IMG/VR virus record: IMGVR_UViG_3300017917_003366
DNA: 64,000 nt
Reading direction: 5' to 3' (one strand)
DNA from: a virus
Taxonomy: Duplodnaviria; Heunggongvirae; Uroviricota; Caudoviricetes
A program made the translations under genes and the position numbers. This document shows positions 58,401-64,000 of this stretch, piece after piece; the stretch's first letter is position 1; every line of letters begins with the position of its first letter. The notes below the pieces were generated by a model that saw only the letters and a list, made by a program, of their open reading frames with translations, ran no database searches and had not been told where the DNA came from.

Positions 58401-61231
58401 ATTTCATAACTCACCATCGGTACTGTTTCAGTTGTGTATGAATGTCCCGTTGCTCCGGTAAACGGTGCATATGGTTCATATCCGGCACTATATCTCGTAA
58501 TCGTAATTGTATTAATTAAATTACTTAATGCCGTTAACCATAATTGTTTTATTTTAACAATATCTGGTTCTAAATAATCTTTGTAATCACAAATAAGAGC
58601 CAAATTAATTGGGTCGTTATTTGTTAAATCAGTACATCCCGTCATTGGGAATGGATTAAACAGTTGTGCACTATTTGTGGTATTTGTGGTACCACTAACA
58701 ACAACTGTCATCCCTGTGGTTAATCCCGAATAATCAGGACCACCGTATACAATTCCATCAATCTCAATTATTGGGTAATATGTTACACCCGTTAAATTGA
58801 TTAATCCTCTAAAGTTTGTTTCTTCACCAAGTAATGTTTCAAGGTCTTCTTCGATTGCGGTTTCAAAATCAGGATATAAATCCTCAATAAACTCCATTGG
58901 TTGACAATCAAATACATAAGGGTATTTTGGTCTTCCAAATAAATTGTTTTCAATTAAATTACCACCCGTCCATAATGTTGTTGCTGGAACTAATTGTTCT
59001 ACTAACTGTACCCAATAAGGACTGATTCTATTTACAAACTCCGCAGAATCGATAAATGTAAATGGTGTAAAACCGGTTTGTGAAATATAATCTCTGTAGA
59101 TATCTTCAAGAACGATGTAGTTCTTTTTATATCTAATTGTGTGAGAATTCTTAATTACTTTATGTATGAAATTATCAACAAATTGAGCAAATGTAATTCC
59201 TGTTTGAGGTGCCAATAAATTTGTTGTACCAAAAGAAATTTCTAAATCTCTACTCTTTCTGAAAATATCATAGTTAATTGAGTTCGATGGTGAAATATGA
59301 ATATTGATATTTTTTCTATTCAATATCAATGATGAACCATCTTCAACATCGTGAGCTTTTAAATTGTCAATTTCCGCTTGTAAACCATAACCCGTATCTA
59401 AACCCGGTAGTGTTCTAAACACATCAAAATAATCTTCACCATATGTGTAAGATTTATTTTTTGTTTTGATTGTTTTGGTTCTACCTGTTAATACAGAATT
59501 TTCATCATCCAACACTGTCGGAGAACGGTGGTCCAATGTAATATCATACCACCCCGCACCTTTTTCAAAGAAAATATCGTTACTTTCACTAAACGCTCTT
59601 CTTGGTAAACCAGTATCGGGGTCAACAGGGAAACCATCTCTATCAAATGTGGTGGTTCCTGTGGCAACAGTTGTTGTATATGTATACCCCGTTGTATTGA
59701 AATTCGCTGTTATGTATGTTTTTTCACCGGCAATTACGTCATAGATGTCTTGTTCCAAATCAGAACTTGACGGCATCGATGTTACCTTATAAACATATTC
59801 GTTAATCTTAATCAACGGTTCAGGAGCCCCTAAAAATTTTAAGAAAAATTCTACCGATGCTCTCGTACCTTTTGATTTAAAAATATATGCAAGATTTACT
59901 AATAATCTTCTGTAGAATTCATATTCCGCTTCAACCTGATTAAATCCTGTAGATACTCCTTGATATGTTGATGACAAACGAGTGTACATCATATCCTCCA
60001 ATGACTTCTCATCAAATAGATTGGTTGTTGATAAACCAAGGTTTTCAGATAAATTCTTTAATAATATATCAGGTAAGTTATTTACACCATCGTAACTCAC
60101 ATTTCTCATGTAAGCAATGTTGTCAATATATTTTTTTACTGAGTCGAAACTTTGACCATATAATTGAAAGACACTTTCTGTTCTCTTGTCTTCCGTATCA
60201 AATTCAAATAATTGAGGGGAAGCCAAGAATCTAACCATAAGATTAGATTTGTAGTTATCAATTTGGTCCGAAATGTCACTTAGATTTTGAATGTAAGATT
60301 CGTAATCAAGTCCACTGATTTGAATATTCCAACCATCTACCAATATTGGCCACGAATAACTAATATTTTGAAGTGTTGTTCTTGAGCCGTCGGTACTTTC
60401 TTGTGGTACCTGAAAACTCGAGGTATAAATTGGTGTTGTTTCTCTGTTTAATAAAGATTCCTCAACATCATCTAAACCATTAAAAAATTCTTCAACTACA
60501 CCGTCATTAGGTCTAATAATGAAATCATTAGAATATGATGTGGAACCACTGAAGGGATTTCCAATTACAACAAAAACCAATTCATTTGCACTGTTTGGTT
60601 CATTGTATTGAATAACCGGATAACTTTCGTTATTTAAGTTTAAAACGTATTTGTTATAAGATGAATATAAATTTCTAAGTTCGTTTTCTGTTGTTGGTTT
60701 AATAACACTATTCGGTTCAACTAATGTAATATCAAATGGATTGAATATTTTACTTAATTGAACATAGAAAGTTGTACGATTTAAACTGTAATCGTGTGAT
60801 ATGTTATATGCCGAGAAAAGGTTATTACCAATTGGGGTATCCGCAACAATAGATAATGCTCCGGGGAACTTTTTAATAATACGAGTAATTGAAACTAAAA
60901 TTCTTTCTTTTAAAGAACCGAACATAGATTTGTCCGCGTTTCTCTTATTACTCTTAAAACGAATTGTACTTTTTCTTTGTGAACCACCTGATGTCGATGA
61001 CTGTGTGGTTGTTACCGCCGAGGTTTCTTTCTTAACACTATCAAGAGTTAGAAACTCAGAAAATGGATTATTTCTGAATGATTTAGCATCTTTTTCAGGA
61101 ATGGTCTTATCAATATCAAAACTTGTATTGGCAAGGGCAGGACTACCCGTAGTGATTTGTCTTCCAACTAAATTATCACTAAATGTTTCTGCTCCGCTAG
61201 CCGCTTGACTTGGTACCTTTCTTCTCGCCAT
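52484..61231 (-). CDS. Giant (2915 aa) baseplate-wedge-like protein with mucin-like stalk, Cys-rich beads and C-terminal LamG-like domain
   Basis: [42 protein letters not shown] (P2 gpI/T4 gp7-like); five TxT tracts; C-terminal FTFSTWIKP...FWNG...FYNGL. Confidence 0.78.
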   Translation of the reverse strand: MARRKVPSQAASGAETFSDNLVGRQITTGSPALANTSFDIDKTIPEKDAKSFRNNPFSEFLTLDSVKKETSAVTTTQSSTSGGSQRKSTIRFKSNKRNADKSMFGSLKERILVSITRIIKKFPGALSIVADTPIGNNLFSAYNISHDYSLNRTTFYVQLSKIFNPFDITLVEPNSVIKPTTENELRNLYSSYNKYVLNLNNESYPVIQYNEPNSANELVFVVIGNPFSGSTSYSNDFIIRPNDGVVEEFFNGLDDVEESLLNRETTPIYTSSFQVPQESTDGSRTTLQNISYSWPILVDGWNIQISGLDYESYIQNLSDISDQIDNYKSNLMVRFLASPQLFEFDTEDKRTESVFQLYGQSFDSVKKYIDNIAYMRNVSYDGVNNLPDILLKNLSENLGLSTTNLFDEKSLEDMMYTRLSSTYQGVSTGFNQVEAEYEFYRRLLVNLAYIFKSKGTRASVEFFLKFLGAPEPLIKINEYVYKVTSMPSSSDLEQDIYDVIAGEKTYITANFNTTGYTYTTTVATGTTTFDRDGFPVDPDTGLPRRAFSESNDIFFEKGAGWYDITLDHRSPTVLDDENSVLTGRTKTIKTKNKSYTYGEDYFDVFRTLPGLDTGYGLQAEIDNLKAHDVEDGSSLILNRKNINIHISPSNSINYDIFRKSRDLEISFGTTNLLAPQTGITFAQFVDNFIHKVIKNSHTIRYKKNYIVLEDIYRDYISQTGFTPFTFIDSAEFVNRISPYWVQLVEQLVPATTLWTGGNLIENNLFGRPKYPYVFDCQPMEFIEDLYPDFETAIEEDLETLLGEETNFRGLINLTGVTYYPIIEIDGIVYGGPDYSGLTTGMTVVVSGTTNTTNSAQLFNPFPMTGCTDLTNNDPINLALICDYKDYLEPDIVKIKQLWLTALSNLINTITITRYSAGYEPYAPFTGATGHSYTTETVPMVSYEIFTNEDGEEMIKFSSIKYGIGDCSVKDYFDYRFEADYRTTKINDRLSVEVSGDGEYYCEEPENCIMVSDIYIDVIGAQFGVQKGHEWPFYIYANCTSGHSQNADVYIEKVAGYDCKFKLTGVTEYDVIDFNIVDAANNEVKFKIEGLQAKIEHDPCPLPSGKSHTEIFVINGYQGSTGNTISTTSGVTFCDNYTGYTMQPKVEYKSNFNYGLKDSSIVLVVSSGLVIDSTTTSDDIESYILGGTITEKTVYQLQVGEYILSADYLPCSGLTNQQFQNASQDGYSFTYEYSKLLVTDKECLGSIKKSIITGETTTGDIEVFEVLPTTQLRVYTNKFIEDFGSVTNGTYHFDDRFPEELQVRPEDFIGPCCDHPSELYDKGDFLINQYGSPIEVLSVDLNYCDTGLYFNLNVEKDGSPLTDEFMVVFDGNTNHQILMKHQYDKHPNIDFNLGQYYIDPVHCPTVPTDEDLEESPFECVPGASPTPTPTSTQTSTPTPTVTATSTPTSTSTNTPTQTLTSTPTNTPTQTLTATSTNTPTNTPTLTATSTPTLTETATPTNTPTLTETSTPTNTATVESTPTSTETPTQTPTNTPTLTATSTPTLTETPTATSTSTPTATNTPSAAGNPDADTNLWYEGEVCGDILTNWTTKSVQEAKCDWIYIITHPNWSMGGGSVYYYSSAGFVAGTQLYGAGPTYFPSTQTGNYIYAPNGENTYPLYVVEIVNGVIAVIHDFASLPDCGTYECPSPTPTSTATPTNTPTLTETSTPTLTATNTPTETPTNTPTQTSTNTPTLSATSTPTMTSTPTSSEICQKPAGLDTYNLISQVLVNGTSYNFYTGTTSYAGMAFDQFKLYGAQSISYNDYNIASITIGERIYTTSQTDCQCGILDGTYWVFDELVNNPNDPNVLIIEVVNCIITSTTLYSQTPTQTPTQTLTATSTPTLTNSSTATNTPTNTPTLTETPTNTPTQTSTSTPTLTETPTLTATSTPTLTSTNTQTETPTNTPTETATSTPTLTETPTLTATSTPTLTSTNTQTETQTNTPTETPTNTPTETPTNTPTLTATSTPTLTSSSTATETPTLTATSTPTLTSTNTQTETPTQTPTQTATSTPTLTPTQTPTATEVQLGQVYVIADNLDTLCNGNPATIIIYDNDHPVQENEHLYSGTSLQIYSYSYLVTYAGGGGSVYIAPLNSLSDVHIVYEDNNDEAICGTSQICPTPTATPTLTATSTPTLTATSTPTLTATNTQTETQTQTPTNTPTLTATSTPTLTSTSTNTPTETATSTPTLTATNTQTQTPTNTPTLTATSTPTLTSTNTQTETATQTPTNTPTLTATSTPTLTSTSTNTPTETATSTPTLTATSTPTLTSTSTSTNTPTQTLTSTPTQTLTETPTQTPTNTPTLTATSTPTLTATSTNTQTPTNTPTLTATSTPTLTSTNTQTETPTQTPTNTPTLTATSTPTLTSTSTNTPTQTLTETPTNTPTNTPSATPPVNILLVSCCDENDTLQISVDAGVYDTNDFQLTTSTFGCCYHMGGLGGNGSDGYYSGNTLFDFTACELCLEERGGCAYVNVNLTACCPDSPFVNKLEVGIGCGTQYTLPSVGNSLSYGGYCYEITAVGAVTVGASPTYQIYTTCTDCGPCPTATSTPTSTPTSTPTQTPTLTATSTPTNTPTQTSTLTATASAAAASTSSSVYYDQATNTGEYSYMSSGFESDIRIGSGATQFTFSTWIKPDWQAGPTYLPTSFMEMRAPSIGSGCGADSEDRISFSYDSESYGNQLWVEVIWCQSDNYKAHVFSAVVNDGNNATITGLGPGGYTAWNASSIAQFVNITFTIDGTGGFATTSGSASLAGTFFWNGQPLETLDMHIPTGTTTSYLTAFNNGSTIKLGGHYWANAHWQDQTLFYNGLISNQDIDTIIYNNGLPNTDLAPAFSPGAVMFNYNEPYNNAWKDSTGTPPITLNANGVNINAPVRDDIIYVT
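53350..56970 (-). repeat. Coding Thr-x-Thr repeat tracts in the giant protein (about 56541-56970, 55985-56175, 55045-55640, 53940-54765, 53350-53495)
   Basis: ACN codon at every second position; x drawn from P,N,Q,L,S,A,E; third codon positions diversified. Confidence 0.95.
55332..55495. repeat. Exact 50-bp direct repeat (55332-55381, 55446-55495)
   Basis: GGAGTACTTGTTGCCGTTAATGTTGGTGTTTCCGTTAAAGTAGGAGTACT read twice, 114 bp apart. Confidence 0.9.
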
Positions 61232-62148
61232 TATTCGGTAATAGTATCAAAGTTTAATGTTTCATCAATATCAGTTCTTTCCTCACGAACTTCGTATAGA
61301 GTTTCATTAAACTCATCCTTAACCTCGTAAAGATTGTACTGTCTGTATATGTTATTATTGTTATCGTAAATTGTGTATATACCCTGAGAAACGGCTTTAC
61401 TTTGATTACCGTACAGTGCGTGTGCCAATGTACTTGCGTCATGTTCTACCATCTCAACCTCAATCGTTGTTGGATTGAAATAGGTATTTGTTAAAATGAT
61501 TTTTTGTGATGGTGTACCGATAAAAGGAACGGTGTTAGGTTTGTTTGATGGTGCAGATGAAGGTGTTACCGTCAAAAACATCAAATTTGTTGCCTGTTCA
61601 CTGTATTGATAACGAACCGCTTTTTGTGATGTACTTGTTAAGTTTGAAACTATTGGAGTACAGTAAAAAGAAGATGTTACTACTCTATAAAAATTAGATA
61701 TCTTTTTGTTATCAGATGTGTTGATGTATTCAACTCTGTATCCTACCAATCCTTGTGGGGTAAATTTGTTTCTGTCCGCAGCCGGCACATTACTCAAATC
61801 AATAACCAATCCTCTAACAGATGGTAGTGAAGCCAAAATACCACAATCGGTAATTGTTGTACGAATTTGTTTTGGTCTTATGTGTAGGGTGTAAATTCCT
61901 AATTCTGAGAAATCCCCTGAAGCCAATTTTAAATTGTACATACCACCCAAAATTTCAACATCGGGTGCTGCCGCGTCGTCCGTGGTATCTGCATTGTGAA
62001 AAACCGGAGTTAAAACGTCACTCGGGCTAAGTCTTTTTAGTGTTGCAGTTGCGTCACTTGTTCTACCTGAAACATAGTGGTAATAGATTTCCACATCTTC
62101 AGGAGAAACATCCGCTGGTCTTATAATTCCGTAACTACCTACTGCCAT
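61231..62148 (-). CDS. Putative virion structural protein (305 aa)
   Basis: TAATG coupling to the giant protein; TATTTAT upstream; beta-rich. Confidence 0.7.
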   Translation of the reverse strand: MAVGSYGIIRPADVSPEDVEIYYHYVSGRTSDATATLKRLSPSDVLTPVFHNADTTDDAAAPDVEILGGMYNLKLASGDFSELGIYTLHIRPKQIRTTITDCGILASLPSVRGLVIDLSNVPAADRNKFTPQGLVGYRVEYINTSDNKKISNFYRVVTSSFYCTPIVSNLTSTSQKAVRYQYSEQATNLMFLTVTPSSAPSNKPNTVPFIGTPSQKIILTNTYFNPTTIEVEMVEHDASTLAHALYGNQSKAVSQGIYTIYDNNNNIYRQYNLYEVKDEFNETLYEVREERTDIDETLNFDTITE

Positions 62149-62160
62149 GATTTTTTATTA

Positions 62161-62167
62161 ATAAATA
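62161..62167 (-). promoter_or_regulatory. TATTTAT putative late promoter
   Basis: Intergenic, before ATG 62148. Confidence 0.58.
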
Positions 62168-62173
62168 TAAATT

Positions 62174-63286
62174 TTATTGTTTTCTTATATTAAAATATCC
62201 ATTTCCGTAGATATCTAATTCACCTGTATTATCAATTTCACCCAATCTCAAGGTTTTTTCTAATACCCCCTGTTTACCTCTTTCAACAAATATGTCTGAG
62301 AATATTGTGGGTTCATCGATGAATCCTAAGAAATGTTCGTTTCTTGTTATTGCGAAATTCATCACTTCTTCTTTGGTGAAACCTGAAGTACTCCCTGTTA
62401 TTGTGGTGATTCCATCCTCGAAATCTCGATAATATAAATTATCGATAGTATATGCACTATATGATATTCCTGACGTTGTACCCGTGGTTACACCTGAGTA
62501 GGTGTTTGAACCATAAAGTTTCTTTTCATCGATTCTACTCTTACCGATAGCAGCATAACTAAATGTTGTGTTTCCTGTGGTTCCGGTTGTTGAGTATTCT
62601 AAATTATTTAGGTAGTTCAATGTCTGACCTGTAATAGTTGAATATGGTATTGTAAATCCACTAAATGTTCCCAATGGGTCAGATACCGTTGTATTTGATG
62701 GTACTGTTACCTGTTTTTCCAATTTAAAATCTAACCAAGGGGTACTCAATGAAATTGATATCGTTTTAACCCCTGTTGTTCCGTATGTTTTACTTACAGA
62801 ATTTAAGGTTGTTCCTGTGTGTGTAGTTAAAGTACTTGTGGTAGAATCACCCCAATCCACTGTAAAGTTTACAGTATGGATTTCAGATACTTTACTAGTG
62901 TCCACCGTGTTGTAAACTTGAACCGTATTTCCTGTTTGGGTGTATGAGAAATTACAGATTTGTTCGACTTGTTCGATATTCCCGTCAAAACCAACCATAA
63001 CACCCATTTCATCAACTGACGATTCCAAAAATAACGGAACGTCGTAACTACCCATCGCATCGGATTTGGTGGTCAGACCCCATGAAGAACCTTGCCACTC
63101 ATAATATCCTGTTGGAACACTCCCTGTGACATTGTAAACCACATCACCAACCTCAGGTGGTAGTGTTGTAGAACCCGACCAAGGTATCCAATTACCAAAG
63201 TAATCATACCAAAATTGACCCGACAATGAGTGTAACCTCACATTAGGTATATTCTTTCGTAATATTTTATATATGTTTTTTTCCAT
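62174..63286 (-). CDS. Putative virion structural protein with PKD-like VDWGD motif
   Basis: FTVDWGDST; many (S/T)GxT motifs. Confidence 0.7.
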   Translation of the reverse strand: MEKNIYKILRKNIPNVRLHSLSGQFWYDYFGNWIPWSGSTTLPPEVGDVVYNVTGSVPTGYYEWQGSSWGLTTKSDAMGSYDVPLFLESSVDEMGVMVGFDGNIEQVEQICNFSYTQTGNTVQVYNTVDTSKVSEIHTVNFTVDWGDSTTSTLTTHTGTTLNSVSKTYGTTGVKTISISLSTPWLDFKLEKQVTVPSNTTVSDPLGTFSGFTIPYSTITGQTLNYLNNLEYSTTGTTGNTTFSYAAIGKSRIDEKKLYGSNTYSGVTTGTTSGISYSAYTIDNLYYRDFEDGITTITGSTSGFTKEEVMNFAITRNEHFLGFIDEPTIFSDIFVERGKQGVLEKTLRLGEIDNTGELDIYGNGYFNIRKQ

Positions 63287-63999
63287 TATAAAAACTTTTC
63301 ATAAAAAACTATTGGGTCGGTTGTTTCTCCAATTCTTGAACCCATCGAACCGTTAAATCTGAAAACTTGGTATGAATAATCTGACCTGTCAATAACCACC
63401 TTATAATACATATCATTTTCTTCGACGATAGTGCCACTTGGGGTTTTGGTTTTATTTGTAAAATCAAATACTTCTCCTGTTTTTGCATTATAAAACTTTG
63501 CGGTCATATAAAACGTGTTACCCGTCAAAGTTGTCTCACTGAATGGGGTATCATCACTAAACCAGAAGAAATACATATTTTCTTTATTTCTATAGTTTGA
63601 GCCCATGAATACAGGAAAATATATGTAATCATTTAATGAAAGTGTACTCCCACTTGTTGTTCCCGTATAAAAAACTTTTTCACCTATCGGTAATGCCAGA
63701 TTCTTAGCAAATACTAATCTTCTGTTTGTACTGTTTGGCGCCTCGTCATTTGATGTTTTATAAAACTCCAATCTGAAGAAACTTTCTGTGGATTGTTTTA
63801 ACATCAAAGCGTTTTCTTGTAATGTTATATCCATTAATTGGTAATCCTGTTCAAATGTTACCCCCGTAATAATTGGGTTTGCGGGATTTGAAGTATTGTA
63901 AGAAAAATTACCAAAATAGAAATAAAACCAAATATCAGTTTGGGTAAATCCGGTTGCATTTGTGTAAGGTTTGTGTATGTATCTAACCGTTTCATAATT
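63286..63999 (-). CDS. Putative structural protein, 5'-truncated by window edge
   Basis: Frame of the listed 63286..63834 ORF stays open to 63999 (NYETVRYIHKP...QDYQLMDITL), so the real start lies outside the window. Confidence 0.8.
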   Translation of the reverse strand, partial: NYETVRYIHKPYTNATGFTQTDIWFYFYFGNFSYNTSNPANPIITGVTFEQDYQLMDITLQENALMLKQSTESFFRLEFYKTSNDEAPNSTNRRLVFAKNLALPIGEKVFYTGTTSGSTLSLNDYIYFPVFMGSNYRNKENMYFFWFSDDTPFSETTLTGNTFYMTAKFYNAKTGEVFDFTNKTKTPSGTIVEENDMYYKVVIDRSDYSYQVFRFNGSMGSRIGETTDPIVFYEKFL

Positions 64000-64000
64000 T

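Noticed and set aside
6773-62167. Plus-strand TATAAATA as T4-type promoters driving plus-strand genes
   Set aside because: No credible plus-strand genes follow these sites, while minus-strand starts consistently do. Antisense transcription cannot be fully excluded.
1-64000. Stop-codon reassignment as in some large Bacteroidota phages
   Set aside because: Standard-code ORFs tile the window densely, and TAG (25287, 35157) and TGA (1793, 3175) end genes at normal operon junctions.
1-64000. tRNA, rRNA, transposase or integrase genes
   Set aside because: No T-loop/cloverleaf patterns or recombinase motifs were recognised, and intergenic gaps are too short or otherwise explained.

Overview
AT-rich, gene-dense segment of a large tailed (jumbo-type, probably myovirus-like) bacteriophage genome, almost entirely coded on the minus strand in the standard genetic code. 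The host is probably Bacteroidota, judging from the Bacteroidota-like RpoD sigma factor, ClpP and Hc1-like protein, TTTG-N19-TAnnTTTN promoters and SD-less A-rich leaders. Layout by + coordinate: (1-6.4 kb) glyco-modification cluster with a radical SAM enzyme, two GT7 glycosyltransferases each carrying an inserted LamG lectin domain, a GT2-like enzyme and a methyltransferase. (6.4-23.5 kb) Adhesin/tail-fibre array with eight LamG paralogues, fibrinogen/intelectin, ILEI and C1q domains and an embedded GT-A enzyme. (23.6-29 kb) Glutaredoxin, thioredoxin, AAA ATPase, adenine MTase and small genes. (29-36.4 kb) Acidic head-associated proteins, a degenerate amidase, membrane/lysis-like genes and the sigma factor. 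(36.4-44.3 kb) ClpP, SbcC/SbcD, nuclease, primase and a RuvC-like resolvase. (44.3-64 kb) Baseplate/structural genes with long mucin-like Thr-x-Thr tracts and Cys-rich modules. The main hypothesis is a phage-encoded virion O-glycosylation (mucin-coat) system. Other findings are a probable -1 frameshift extension of a membrane protein, a small structured RNA before the primase, a TATTTAT late-promoter regulon, a rearranged Mre11/Rad50 pair and apparent GATC avoidance. No tRNA, rRNA, CRISPR array, reverse transcriptase or transposase was seen. All family calls come from motif recognition by eye; no database search was run.
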